The notes under the pieces: model-generated
The model's database searches: none
What the model was told of the DNA's origin: nothing
What the model saw: the letters and a program-made list of their open reading frames with translations, nothing else
Program-made: the position numbers and the translations under genes
Assembly: GCA_027487575.1 (NCBI GenBank)
Contig: JAIYDJ010000016.1
Coordinates: 43,868 to 107,867, forward strand
Direction of reading: 5' to 3'
Length of the DNA: 64,000 bases
DNA from: Rhodobacter sp.
GTDB taxonomy: Bacteria > Pseudomonadota > Alphaproteobacteria > Rhodobacterales > Rhodobacteraceae
In this document: piece after piece, positions 1 to 14,585 of the stretch
Layout of the letters: the number at the start of each line of letters is the position of its first letter
Position numbering within the stretch: position 1 is the first letter of the stretch

Positions 1-827
1 CCCGCGGCGGTTCCACCAACGATGCGGCAGCCGTCTATGCCGTGACCAAGGCCATCGAATGGCTGCAGAAGTACTCGCCCCCCGAAGCCGCAGGGATGAC
101 CTTCGGTGAAGCAGGCCCCGTGCCCGCACAAGGCGCGATTGCCCAGCAGATGTTCTGGTACACCGCCTTCACCGCGGCTTCGGTTGTCGAAGGCACCCCG
201 GTGATGAACGAGGACGGCACGCCGAAGTGGCGCATGGCCCCCTCGCCGCACGGCGTCTACTGGCAGGAAGGCCAGAAGATCGGCTATCAGGACGCCGGTT
301 CCTGGACCCTGATGGAAAGCACCCCCGTAGACCGCGCACAGGCCGCATGGCTTTACGCGCAGTTCGTCACCTCGAAAACCGTGGACGTGAAGAAAAGCCA
401 CGTTGGCCTGACCTTCATCCGCGAATCCACGATCCAGCACGAAAGCTTCACCGAACGCGCGCCGAAACTCGGTGGTCTGGTGGAATTCTACCGCTCGCCC
501 GCCCGCGTTCAGTGGTCGCCGACCGGTACGAACATTCCGGACTATCCGAAGCTGGCACAACTGTGGTGGCAGAACATCGGCGACGCGATGTCGGGGGCCA
601 AGACGCCGCAAGAGGCACTCGACAGCCTGTGCACCGAACAGGAAGCCGTTCTGATCCGTCTGGAGAAGTCCGGCGTGCAGGGTGACCTGGGTCCGAAGAT
701 GAACGAAGAGCAGGACCCGCAGGTCTGGCTGGACGCACCCGGTGCGCCGGTGGCCAAGCTGGAAAACGAAAAGCCGATGGGCGAAACGATCGCCTATGAC
801 GAGCTGATCAAGTCCTGGCAGAACTGA
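1..827 (+). CDS. ABC transporter periplasmic substrate-binding protein, C-terminal part (5' end outside window); probably sugar/glycerol-type
   Basis: The frame stays open from nt 3 (RGGSTNDAAAVYAVTKAIEW...). The translation has family-1 solute-binding character (WYTAF..., PDYPKLAQLWWQNIGDAMSG). It lies next to glpK. Confidence 0.8.
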   Translation, partial: RGGSTNDAAAVYAVTKAIEWLQKYSPPEAAGMTFGEAGPVPAQGAIAQQMFWYTAFTAASVVEGTPVMNEDGTPKWRMAPSPHGVYWQEGQKIGYQDAGSWTLMESTPVDRAQAAWLYAQFVTSKTVDVKKSHVGLTFIRESTIQHESFTERAPKLGGLVEFYRSPARVQWSPTGTNIPDYPKLAQLWWQNIGDAMSGAKTPQEALDSLCTEQEAVLIRLEKSGVQGDLGPKMNEEQDPQVWLDAPGAPVAKLENEKPMGETIAYDELIKSWQN

Positions 828-834
828 GACAATG

Positions 835-862
835 GGCGGGCGGGGTGAAATCCCCGCCCGCC
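835..862 (+). terminator. Rho-independent terminator-like hairpin after the binding-protein gene
   Basis: GGCGGGCGGGG-tgaaat-CCCCGCCCGCC is a perfect 11-bp stem, followed by TTCTG. It starts 8 nt after the stop codon. Confidence 0.6.
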
Positions 863-999
863 TTCTGCACCCGACCGTCCAGGGTCAAGCGATGGTTCAT
901 TGTTGCCAAAGCACTTCTGAACAGATGCCCCGGCATGTCAGGCCAGATCGCGCCCTCAGTCGTGGGAATGTTCGCAAGCGTTCGGACCTTGAAGGTGCC

Positions 1000-1419
1000 A
1001 TGCCGGATTTCAGACGCGCCTCAACCTTGGATATCCCCCGTCTCATCGAAATCCGGTTTGCCGTTCAGGAAAACCGGCTGTCCGACCCCGGTTCGGTCAC
1101 CCCCCGGGACTATGCCGATTTCGTTGCACGTGATCTGATCTGGGTGGCGGAAGTGCTGGGGAAAGTGGCGGGGTTTTCGGCTGGCGATGATCGCGACGGC
1201 ACGATCTGGGCCCTGTTCGTCGACCCGCCCGAACAGGGACGCGGACTTGGGGTCGAACTGCTGCAGCGGGCCTGCCGTGATCTGCACCTTTGCGGCTTTC
1301 AGGTAGCGCGTCTGACCACAGACCCGGACACCCGCGCCGAGCGGTTCTATCGCCGCCACGGGTGGGAGGCGCTGGGTCTGGACGATGCGGGCGAAATGCA
1401 GTTTCAACGTGGCCTTTAG
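1000..1419 (+). CDS. GNAT family N-acetyltransferase
   Basis: Acetyl-CoA-binding type motif LFVDPPEQGRGLGVELL and C-terminal ...RFYRRHGW. I chose the internal ATG at 1000 (MPDFRR...) because the upstream part of the 832 ORF overlaps the terminator. Confidence 0.8.
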   Translation: MPDFRRASTLDIPRLIEIRFAVQENRLSDPGSVTPRDYADFVARDLIWVAEVLGKVAGFSAGDDRDGTIWALFVDPPEQGRGLGVELLQRACRDLHLCGFQVARLTTDPDTRAERFYRRHGWEALGLDDAGEMQFQRGL

Positions 1420-1527
1420 CCGCCACTGCGCGCCGGACAATGCCGAGGAGGCTGGATTGCCAAGTCCTTGTCATACCATCATAAACCAGCATTCCTTTCC
1501 GGGACTGCGTCAGAAAGGTCAAGCCAG

Positions 1528-3008
<1,481 letters not shown>

Positions 3009-3012
<4 letters not shown>

Positions 3013-4133
3013 CTCCGTTCGGCATTACCGGACCCGGCCGTATCCTGTTCGGGCGCGGCGAGGCGGCCAAGGCCGGGGCGCTGATCCGCGGGTATGGCAG
3101 CCGGGTTCTGGTCGTGCATGGGTCGAACCCGAACCGTTCAAGCTGGCTGTCGATACCGGATGCCGAGGTGCAGGCATTCGCATGCCCCGCAGAGCCGACC
3201 CTGCCGATGCTGGAACAGGCGCTGGACCGGTCGCGCCGGTTTTCGCCGCTGGTCGTGGTTGGTGTCGGCGGTGGGGCTGTGCTGGACATGGCCAAGGCAC
3301 TGGCGGCGCTGATCCCCGCACCGGGAAGTCCGATGGATCATCTGGAGGTGGTCGGCAAGGGACTGCCCCTGACGGCCAGCCCCCTACCCTTCATCGCCAT
3401 TCCAACGACATCGGGGACCGGGGCCGAGGCGACGAAGAACGCAGTCATCGGGGTGCCGGACCACGGTCGCAAGGTCAGCCTGCGCGATGACCGGATGCTG
3501 GCCCGCCTCGCCATCGTGGACCCGGCGCTGACCGATGACTGCCCGCGCGGGGTGACGCTGGCCTCGGGGCTGGATGCGCTGACGCAGGTGATCGAGCCCT
3601 ATGTCTGCACAAAGGCCACGCCCTATACTGATGCCCTCACCTTGCTTGCCATCCCGTTGGGAATCGCCGCGCTGATGCGGCTGATGCAAGGCGAAGAGGC
3701 GCAGGCGCGTGACGATCTGGCCTGGGTCAGCCTGTGCGGCGGGCTCGCGCTGGCAAACTCGGGTCTTGGCGCGGTGCATGGGTTGGCGGGTGTGATCGGC
3801 GGACTGATTCCGGCCGCGCATGGGGCGATCTGTGGCGCGCTGCTGGGCCCTGTGCTGCAAATGAACCGCGCGCGTGCGACGGGCCGGGCGCAGGACCGGC
3901 TGAACCACGTCTGCCACATGCTGGCGTCCGCGCTTGGCTCAACCGCCGAAGCCGCCCCGCTGGCGCTGCAGGACTGGTCGACGGCGGCGGGGCTTCCGGG
4001 GCTGGCTGCGCAGGGGTTGCGGCCAGCCGATCATGCCGCGGTTGCCGAGGCGGCGCTGGCATCGTCCTCGATGAAGCCCAATCCGGCGACGTTGATGGTC
4101 GATGACCTGCGGGAAGTGCTGGCGCGTGCCTGA
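3009..4133 (+). CDS. Iron-containing (group III) alcohol dehydrogenase family protein
   Basis: [28 protein letters not shown] and GLAHGL-type His motifs ([12 protein letters not shown]...[11 protein letters not shown]). The ATGA start overlaps the glpK stop. Confidence 0.85.
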
Positions 4134-7277
<3,144 letters not shown>

Positions 7278-7281
<4 letters not shown>

Positions 7282-8369
7282 TCTGTGATCCTCGATTCGC
7301 CTTCCGCTTCCGCCACCTGCAGCAGTTGCGCGCGCGCACCCAGACTATCGAACAGCGCCGCCTCTGTGCCCGTCATCATCGCCTGCGCGCCTAGGCTGCA
7401 GATTTCATCATAAAGGGCTGACCGCCGCGCGGCATCAAGATGTGCCGCAACTTCATCAAGCAGCAGGATTGGTGCCGCCCCCAGATCAGCCGCCAGCGCC
7501 CGCGCATTGGCCAGCAACAGGCTGATCAGCAGCGCCTTCTGCTCGCCGGTCGAACATTGGTCCGCCGTCACGCCCTTGGCCGCATAGCGCGCGGCCAGAT
7601 CGGCCCGGTGCGGCCCGGTCAGGGTGCGCCCGGCCGCCATGTCGCGCGGGCGCCCCTGCGCCAGAGCCGCGTCCAGTGGACCGGGGACTTCGCCCTCGGC
7701 CCCGATGATCGCCAGATCGGCGCGCGGAAAGACGGTTTCTGCACCCTCCTGTGCCTCCGCCAGACGGCTCACCGCCGCCAGTCGGTTCGCCACGATGCGC
7801 GCGCCGAAACCGGCCATCTGGGCCTCCAGCGCGCCGTACCAGTGCGGATCGGCCACCTGATCGCGCAGCAACCGGTTGCGGTCGCGCATCGCCTTGTCAT
7901 AGCCCAGCACCGCCTCGGCGTGGTCGGGCGCAAAGCTCAGCGTGATCCGGTCCAGAAAGGCCCTGCGACCTTCGGCAGCCTCGATCCACAGGCGGTCCAT
8001 CGCGGGCACCAGCCAGAGGACCCGCAGGATACGCCCCAGATGGGCCTGCGCCACAGCCTTGCCATCCACGCGGGTCTGCCGCCCCTCACCCGGCGCGGCC
8101 CAGGATTCGACCTCGTGCGCCGCGCCCAGCCCGTTGACCCGGGCGGCGATCTTCCATCCGGTTGCGCCCGGATGGCGCGCCAGATCGTCCGCCGCCGCCC
8201 GGCGCAGCCCGCGCCCGGGCGACAGCAGCGACACGGCTTCAAGGATGTTGGTCTTGCCCGCGCCATTCGGGCCGACGATGGCCACTGGACGCCCGTCAAA
8301 CGCCAGACGCCCCGCGCGATGGCTGCGAAAGTGCGACAGCGTCAGGGCCGTGATCGCCAGACCCGCCAC
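7278..8369 (-). CDS. recF: DNA replication/repair protein RecF
   Basis: Walker A GPNGAGKTNILEAV and C-terminal LLLDEVAAHLD. Start set to the in-frame GTG at 8369, which is preceded by GAAGGGGG (SD-like). The 584-aa track ORF over-extends into dnaN. Confidence 0.93.
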
Positions 8370-8380
8370 GATGCCCCCTT

Positions 8381-8427
8381 CATTTTCTGTCTCTAAATAT
8401 CCCGGGGGTTTGGGGGCTGGCCCCCAA
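8381..8427 (+). repeat. REP-like dispersed element, copy A (dnaN-recF intergenic)
   Basis: CATTTTCTGtctctAAATATCCCGGGGGTttGGGGGctggCCCCC. About 40 of ~50 positions are shared with the copy at 49836-49887, and it contains a G5/C5 hairpin. Confidence 0.5.
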
Positions 8428-8431
8428 TCCG

Positions 8432-9550
8432 TCACACGCGCATCGGCATGACGACATAGATTGCCGAGGTGTCGTTGCCTTCGCGCATCAGCGTCGGATC
8501 GCCAGAGGAATTGAACAGGAACACCGCATTCTCGCGGTCCACCTGGCTGGCGATTTCCAGCAGGTATTTGGCGTTGAAGCCGATTTCCAGACGTTCGTCG
8601 GAATAGGCGACGGCAAGCTCTTCCTCGGCATTCCCGGAATCCGGAGCATTCACCGACAGAATCAGGCGATCTTCGTCGAGACTCAGCTTGACGGCCCGGC
8701 TGCGTTCGGACGACACGGTCGCGACGCGGTCCACCGCCTTGGCGAACTCGGTCGCGTCCACTTCCAGCCGCCGCGAATTGCCCATCGGGATCACGCGGGT
8801 GTAATCCGGGAAGGTACCGTCGATCACCTTCGACGTCAGGGTGATCAGCGGAGTCGCAAAGCGCACCTTGGTTTCCGAAACCGAAACCGCGATGATCGCC
8901 TCGTCGTCGTCCAGCAGTTTGCGCAACTCGCCCACGGTCTTGCGGGGCACGATGACGCCGGGCATGGTCTGGGCATTGGCGGGCAGCGGCGCGTCGATCC
9001 GGGCAAGACGGTGCCCGTCGGTCGCCACACACCGCAGGACCGGGCCAGCTTCGCCATTGGACACATGCATGTAGACGCCGTTGAGGTAGTAGCGCGTCTC
9101 TTCGGTCGAGATGGCGAATTTCGCCTTGTCGAACAGGCGGCGCAGCACCGGGGCCGGGGCCGAGAAGTTGGTGGTGTATTCCGATGACGCCATCACCGGA
9201 AAATCCTCGCGGGGCAGGGTTGCAAGGTTGAAGGTGGACCGTCCGGCGGTGATCACCAGCCGCCCGGTTGCCGCATCGTCTGACAGCGTCACCAGCGCGC
9301 CATCGGGCAGCTTGCGGATGATTTCGTGCAGCATCACCGCAGACACGGTGGTGGACCCTGCGCGCTCCACCATGGCCGGGGCCTTGTCGACCACCTCGAT
9401 ATCAAGATCCGTCGCGCGGAAACTGACGGTGGAACCTTCCGCCTCGATCAGGACGTTGGCAAGGATCGGTATGGTGTTGCGGCGTTCGACAACCGATTGG
9501 GCCTGCGCCAGCGCCTTGAGCAGCGTCCCGCGTTCGATGCTGAGCTTCAT
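8432..9550 (-). CDS. dnaN: DNA polymerase III beta sliding clamp
   Basis: MKLSIERGTLLKALAQAQSVVERRNTIPILANVLIE..., 372 aa, canonical position between dnaA and recF. Confidence 0.95.
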   Translation of the reverse strand: MKLSIERGTLLKALAQAQSVVERRNTIPILANVLIEAEGSTVSFRATDLDIEVVDKAPAMVERAGSTTVSAVMLHEIIRKLPDGALVTLSDDAATGRLVITAGRSTFNLATLPREDFPVMASSEYTTNFSAPAPVLRRLFDKAKFAISTEETRYYLNGVYMHVSNGEAGPVLRCVATDGHRLARIDAPLPANAQTMPGVIVPRKTVGELRKLLDDDEAIIAVSVSETKVRFATPLITLTSKVIDGTFPDYTRVIPMGNSRRLEVDATEFAKAVDRVATVSSERSRAVKLSLDEDRLILSVNAPDSGNAEEELAVAYSDERLEIGFNAKYLLEIASQVDRENAVFLFNSSGDPTLMREGNDTSAIYVVMPMRV

Positions 9551-9828
9551 TGGTCCATCCCCTTGGCCGCCCCCTGTCGGGGAGGCCGAAACTAGCGGTT
9601 TCTCGGGGCAGCACAAGCATTTTGGCGGCCCCCGCGCAGCCCCGCCTGCGCTGTGGCCCAAATGCCTGAGAACGCAGCATTATGGCAGGTGTTTTGCACG
9701 CCGTTCAAGGTATGCTTTCCGTATGGCGCGCGTATGGCCGTCGTAGGAGCCGCGTCGCTACGATTTTGCCGGTTTCGCGGCGTTCACCAAGACCGGCGAA
9801 TCACCCCGAAAAAGGTGGGAAACTCGGC

Positions 9829-11196
9829 CTACCCCTGCAGCGCCCGACGCAGCATCGCCAGATTGTCGGCCAGATCGCTGTCGGTCGCCATCAGTTCCTC
9901 GATCTTGCGCACGCCGTGCATGATCGTGGTGTGGTCGCGCCCACCGAACCGCCGCCCGATTTCGGGCAGGCTGCGCAGGGTCAGTTGCTTGGCCAGATAC
10001 ATCGCCACCTGACGCGGCCGGGCGATGTTGCGCACCCGCTTGGGCCCGATCAGGTCGGACAGGCGGATGTTGTAATGCTCGGCCACCTTGCGCTGGATTT
10101 CCTCGATGGTCATCTTGCGGTCGGAGGCGCGCAGAATGTCGGACAGACAGTCAGTGGCCAGATCCAGCGTGATTTCGCGGCCCACCAGACTGGCAAAGGC
10201 GAACAGACGGGTCAGCGCACCTTCCAGCACGCGGACGTTGGTGGTGATGCGATGCGCAAGGAACTCCAGCACGCCCGGGGCCATCGTCAGGCCCTTGTAC
10301 TGCTGCCGGTAGTACTCGACCTTCTGCTGCAGGATGCCGAGGCGCAGTTCGTAGTCGGTCGGGTGCAGGTCCACCACAAGGCCGCACTGCATGCGGGACT
10401 TGATGCGTTCCTCCAGATCCTTGATCTCGCCCGGCGCCCGGTCTGCAGAAATCACGATCTGCTTGTTCTGATCCACCAGCGCGTTGAAGGTGTGAAAAAA
10501 CTCTTCCTGCGTGCTGTCCTTGCCCGCGATGAACTGCACGTCATCGACCATCAGCACATCGACCGAACGGAACAGGCCCTTGAAGTCCATGATCTGATGT
10601 TCGCGCAGCGCCTGCACGAAGCGGTACATGAACTGCTCGGCCGACAGGTACAGCACGCGCAATTCCGGCTGCCCCGCCTGCAATTGCTGGGCAATGGCGT
10701 GCATCAGGTGGGTCTTGCCCAGCCCGACACCGCCGTAAAGAAACAGCGGGTTGAAGGTGACCGGCCCCCCGACGGCCACCCGGCGGGCAGCGGCATGGGC
10801 CAGTTCGTTGGGTTTGCCCACGACAAAGCTGTCGAAGGTGTTGCTGGGGTCCAGCGATGCGCCGGGCAGTTCGTCATCCGTGCCGGACCGGCTGCGCGCC
10901 GATGTCTTGGACGCGGCTTTCGACAGCGCCTTGGGCGCCGGGCGCACGGGACGGCTGGACACCACGACAAATTCGACACGTCCCGCCTGTGCGCCGGATT
11001 CGTTGAGGAGAGTCAGGATATGGTCTGAAAAATTGCGCGAAACCCAGTCGCCAAAGAAGGTCGTCGGCACATCGAACCGCACCACGCCATCCGTCAGACC
11101 CGACAGCTTCAATGGCTCGATCCATGTCTGGTGGTTGTTCTTGCCCACCCGCTTGATCAACGCTTCCTGAACGCGGCCCCAAATTTCCTGTATCAT
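9829..11196 (-). CDS. dnaA: Chromosomal replication initiator DnaA
   Basis: Walker A GGVGLGKTHLMHAI, box VII, and the C-terminal DNA-binding helix GGRDHTTIMHGVRKIE. Start placed at ATG 11196 (MIQEIWGRVQ...). Confidence 0.97.
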   Translation of the reverse strand: MIQEIWGRVQEALIKRVGKNNHQTWIEPLKLSGLTDGVVRFDVPTTFFGDWVSRNFSDHILTLLNESGAQAGRVEFVVVSSRPVRPAPKALSKAASKTSARSRSGTDDELPGASLDPSNTFDSFVVGKPNELAHAAARRVAVGGPVTFNPLFLYGGVGLGKTHLMHAIAQQLQAGQPELRVLYLSAEQFMYRFVQALREHQIMDFKGLFRSVDVLMVDDVQFIAGKDSTQEEFFHTFNALVDQNKQIVISADRAPGEIKDLEERIKSRMQCGLVVDLHPTDYELRLGILQQKVEYYRQQYKGLTMAPGVLEFLAHRITTNVRVLEGALTRLFAFASLVGREITLDLATDCLSDILRASDRKMTIEEIQRKVAEHYNIRLSDLIGPKRVRNIARPRQVAMYLAKQLTLRSLPEIGRRFGGRDHTTIMHGVRKIEELMATDSDLADNLAMLRRALQG

Positions 11197-11633
11197 CTTA
11201 TCTTTCTGTCCCCGGTCGTTCTGCGGTCGACACGTCGAAGTCGACCTTACCTGCACTCATAACCCAACCGCAGAAGCGAGCAGACTAAAGCACTACGTCA
11301 GAAAGAACCAAAGGGACAGCAAAAGCTGACAGGTGCGGCCGAAGCCGCATCCGAACGAAGAATCGATGCATCTCTGGCAGAAGAGCATCAACCCTATGAT
11401 CGCAAACACTTTTCCGGATTACGACAAGGAAAGCCTGGCAGCAGCCGTTCCGGTTTTCGGTTTGCGATCGCCTCGTGTCCCCCAAGTCTTCATGAATCGC
11501 CTGATCACCGTAGCAAGCCGCAAAGGGACACTGCAACCGAACTTCTTGGTTGACAGGCCTTTGGCCCAGCGAATCCTGCCGCCTATGCAAATCCGCAACG
11601 ACCGGCATTTCTTGCCCTGTTTCCGACGCGGAA

Positions 11634-11667
11634 AACGAAAAAAACGCGGTCCCAGAGGGAACGCGTT
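11634..11667 (-). terminator. Rho-independent terminator of rpsT
   Basis: The minus strand reads AACGCGTTCCCTCTGGGACCGCGTT followed by TTTTTTT. It lies 28 nt downstream of the rpsT stop. Confidence 0.65.
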
Positions 11668-11694
11668 CATCCGTTTTGCAGTTGTTTCCGATGC

Positions 11695-11973
11695 TTAGGC
11701 GGTTTCGGTTGCGCCCAGCGATTTGACCCGGCTGGACAGCCGCGACATCTTGCGGGCGACCGTATTCTTGTGGAGCACGCCCTTGGTCACGCCGCGCATC
11801 AGTTCGGGCTGAACGGATGTGAGCGCTGCGGCGGCAACCGTCTGGTCGCCCGAAGCAAGTGCCTCTTCGACCTTGCGCAGGAAGGTGCGGATCCGCGAGC
11901 GGCGCGCCTTGTTCACGGCATAGCGCGTCTCGGACTGACGGGCGCGCTTTTTGGATTGGGCGGTATTTGCCAT
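11695..11973 (-). CDS. rpsT: 30S ribosomal protein S20
   Basis: [38 protein letters not shown]..., 92 aa. Confidence 0.95.
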   Translation of the reverse strand: MANTAQSKKRARQSETRYAVNKARRSRIRTFLRKVEEALASGDQTVAAAALTSVQPELMRGVTKGVLHKNTVARKMSRLSSRVKSLGATETA

Positions 11974-12065
11974 AGGTGTCGGGTTCCGGTGTTCTGAGAG
12001 CGAATTCTGAAGCCGCGTCATTAGGCGCGAGTCGGGATCATGTCAACCGGGTTGTTACCCAAGCG

Positions 12066-12842
12066 TCACTTGTCACGGAACTGCGGGGTGCGTTTTTCCA
12101 GAAAGGCGGCCATTCCTTCGGTCTGGTCGTCGGTGGCGAACAGCGCATGGAACATCCGGCGTTCGAAGAGCAAGCCTTCCCGCAGCGAGGATTCCTGCGC
12201 CCGGTTGACCGATTCCTTGACCGCCATCACGGACAGCATGGATTTTTCCGAGATCTTCTGCGCGGTTTTCATCGCCTCTTCCATCAGCGACTTGGCGGGA
12301 TAGACCCGGCTGACAAGACCGCTGCGTTCCGCCTCGGCCGCGTCCATGAACCGGCCTGTCAGATTCATGTCCATCGCCTTGGACTTGCCGACAAAGCGGG
12401 CCAGCCTTTGCGTGCCGCCCATTCCAGCACAGATTCCAAGATTGATTTCGGGCTGGCCGAACTTGGCGGTGTCGGCGGCAAGGATGAAGTCGCACATCAT
12501 GGCCAGTTCGCATCCGCCCCCCAGACAATAGCCCGACACGGCGGCGATGATCGGCTTGCGGATGCGGGTGATCGCCTCGGCGTCGGGGCCGAACAGATCG
12601 GCGCCATAGACGTCGGCAAAGCCTTTGGAGGCCATTTCCTTGACATCCGCACCGGCTGCAAAGGCCTTTTCGGACCCGGTCAGGATCATGCAGCGCACGC
12701 CCGGGTTCTTGTCGGCCGCAACCATCGCCTGTGCCAGTTCCTGCATCATCCGGGTGTTGAGCGCGTTCAGCGCATCTGGCCGGTTCAGACGGATGACCGC
12801 CACATAATCCTCGATCTCGACGATCAGCGTCTCGTAGGCCAT
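12066..12842 (-). CDS. Enoyl-CoA hydratase (crotonase family)
   Basis: [49 protein letters not shown]. 258 aa from ATG 12842. Confidence 0.92.
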   Translation of the reverse strand: MAYETLIVEIEDYVAVIRLNRPDALNALNTRMMQELAQAMVAADKNPGVRCMILTGSEKAFAAGADVKEMASKGFADVYGADLFGPDAEAITRIRKPIIAAVSGYCLGGGCELAMMCDFILAADTAKFGQPEINLGICAGMGGTQRLARFVGKSKAMDMNLTGRFMDAAEAERSGLVSRVYPAKSLMEEAMKTAQKISEKSMLSVMAVKESVNRAQESSLREGLLFERRMFHALFATDDQTEGMAAFLEKRTPQFRDK

Positions 12843-12894
12843 GGGCAGCTCCTGTTGGTGGCTGGCAGGACTCCTAGCAGTCCCACGGGCGTTA

Positions 12895-13764
12895 TCAAGC
12901 CGGTGTTGCAAAGACGGGCTGGCAGGCGGGGCAGTGGAACGAAGACCGGCCGGATTGAACGGTGCGCAGGATCGTTTCGGTGCAACCGGCGGTCGGGCAG
13001 GGGTCGCCCGCCCGGTCGTACACGGCAAAGCGGTGCTGGAAGTACCCAAGCTCGCCATCGGTCTGCCGGAAGTCGCGCAACGACGATCCACCGGCAATGA
13101 TCGCCTCGGTCAGCACATCGCGGATGATCGGGACAAGGGCGGCGGTTTCCGTCGAAGTCAGCGACGCGGCAAGGCGCAGCGGAGAGATGCGGGCGCGGAA
13201 CAGGGTTTCGCAGACATAGATGTTGCCCAGACCCGCGATGACGGACTGGTCCAGCAGCGCCGATTTGATGGGCGTCATCCGGCCGTGCAGTCGTTGCGCC
13301 AGATAGGATTCGTCAAACGCATTGCCCAGCGGTTCTGGACCTAGCCGGGCAAGAAGCGCATGGGTTTCGGCCGTCGCGGTTGGCATCAGGTCCATCGCGC
13401 CAAAGCGCCGGGCGTCGTTGAAGGTGATGCGTGTGCCATTGCCCATGTCGAACAGGACGTGGTCGTGTTTCTGCGGGGCCGGATGTTCGTGGTGGAAGGT
13501 GCCGATGCTTTGGCCCGAAATCAGGATGCGGCCCGACATGCCAAGGTGGATCAGCAGCGACTCGCCAGTATCCAGATCGGCCAGGATGTATTTCGACCGG
13601 CGGCGCAGGGCAGTGACTGTGGCGCCGGTCAGCCGGGCGGCCATCCGCTCGGGCAGCGGCCAACGCAGGTCGGGGCGGTTGACGGTGGCAGCAGTGATCC
13701 GCTGATGTTCCATCACCGGCACAAGGCCACGGCGAACGGTTTCAACCTCGGGTAGTTCTGGCAT
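12895..13764 (-). CDS. mutM: Formamidopyrimidine-DNA glycosylase
   Basis: N-terminal [14 protein letters not shown], the H2TH region, and a C-terminal zinc finger C..C...CPAC. Confidence 0.95.
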   Translation of the reverse strand: MPELPEVETVRRGLVPVMEHQRITAATVNRPDLRWPLPERMAARLTGATVTALRRRSKYILADLDTGESLLIHLGMSGRILISGQSIGTFHHEHPAPQKHDHVLFDMGNGTRITFNDARRFGAMDLMPTATAETHALLARLGPEPLGNAFDESYLAQRLHGRMTPIKSALLDQSVIAGLGNIYVCETLFRARISPLRLAASLTSTETAALVPIIRDVLTEAIIAGGSSLRDFRQTDGELGYFQHRFAVYDRAGDPCPTAGCTETILRTVQSGRSSFHCPACQPVFATPA

Positions 13765-13844
13765 GGCGATCTTTCAGACATATGGGCGCATTGCAGCCGC
13801 GCCTGACCGCCCTATAAGTGCCATAGCAGCAAGGACGGCAACCC

Positions 13845-14585
13845 ATGACCGACGATCCCACAACGCATTTCGGCTTTCAAACCGTTCCAGAGGCCGAAAA
13901 GGCCGGGCGGGTGCATGGCGTCTTTTCGTCGGTGGCAAGCCGGTACGACATCATGAACGACCTGATGTCGGGGGGCGTACACCGGCTGTGGAAAGACGCG
14001 ATGATGGACTGGCTGGCGCCGCGACCGGGTCAACGGCTGCTGGATGTGGCGGGGGGCACCGGCGACGTGGCGTTCCGGTTCCTGAGACGAGCGCCGGGGG
14101 CAACCGCCGTTGTCTGCGACATGACGGCGGCGATGCTGGAGGCGGGCAGGCAGCGCAAGGAACCGGAGGCCGACCGGGTGGAGTGGGTCGAGGGCGACGC
14201 CATGGCGTTGCCGTTCCCCGATGCCACCTTCGACGTCTACACGATTTCCTTCGGCATCCGGAACGTCACGCGGATTCCCGATGCGCTGCGCGAGGCCTAC
14301 CGGGTGCTTCGTCCGGGCGGGCGGCTGATGGTGCTGGAGTTCTCGCGCATCCCGAACGAGGCGCTGCAATGGGCCTATGACCGCTATTCGTTCAACGTCA
14401 TTCCCGCGATGGGCAAGGTCGTGACCGGGGATCGTGACAGCTATCAGTATCTGGTCGAATCGATCCGGCAGTTTCCCGATCAGGAGACGTTCGCGGGCAT
14501 GATCCGCGACGCCGGATTCGGGCAGGTCAAGTACCGGAATCTGACGATGGGGGTGGCCGCCCTGCACTCGGGCTGGAAGCTGTGA
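13845..14585 (+). CDS. ubiE: Ubiquinone/menaquinone biosynthesis C-methyltransferase UbiE
   Basis: [43 protein letters not shown] and the SAM motif LDVAGGTGD. Confidence 0.95.
   Translation: MTDDPTTHFGFQTVPEAEKAGRVHGVFSSVASRYDIMNDLMSGGVHRLWKDAMMDWLAPRPGQRLLDVAGGTGDVAFRFLRRAPGATAVVCDMTAAMLEAGRQRKEPEADRVEWVEGDAMALPFPDATFDVYTISFGIRNVTRIPDALREAYRVLRPGGRLMVLEFSRIPNEALQWAYDRYSFNVIPAMGKVVTGDRDSYQYLVESIRQFPDQETFAGMIRDAGFGQVKYRNLTMGVAALHSGWKL

Noticed and set aside
11360-11575. Three GAATC (CcrM GANTC) sites upstream of dnaA at 11360, 11494 and 11571, as a possible methylation switch.
   Set aside because: A rough base-composition estimate gives about 2 GANTC sites per 500 nt of this AT-richer DNA. 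Three sites is not a meaningful enrichment.
11197-11694. oriC immediately upstream of dnaA.
   Set aside because: I found no 9-mer close to TTATCCACA/TGTGGATAA by eye on either strand, and no obvious AT-rich 13-mer-like unwinding repeats. Many alphaproteobacteria place oriC away from dnaA. The region is kept only as a low-interest finding.
11285-11698. Small ORFs (107, 121 and 83 aa) inside the dnaA-rpsT intergenic region.
   Set aside because: They overlap each other, the rpsT terminator and the dnaA leader on both strands. They have no motifs and lie in AT-richer DNA that looks atypical of coding sequence in this window.
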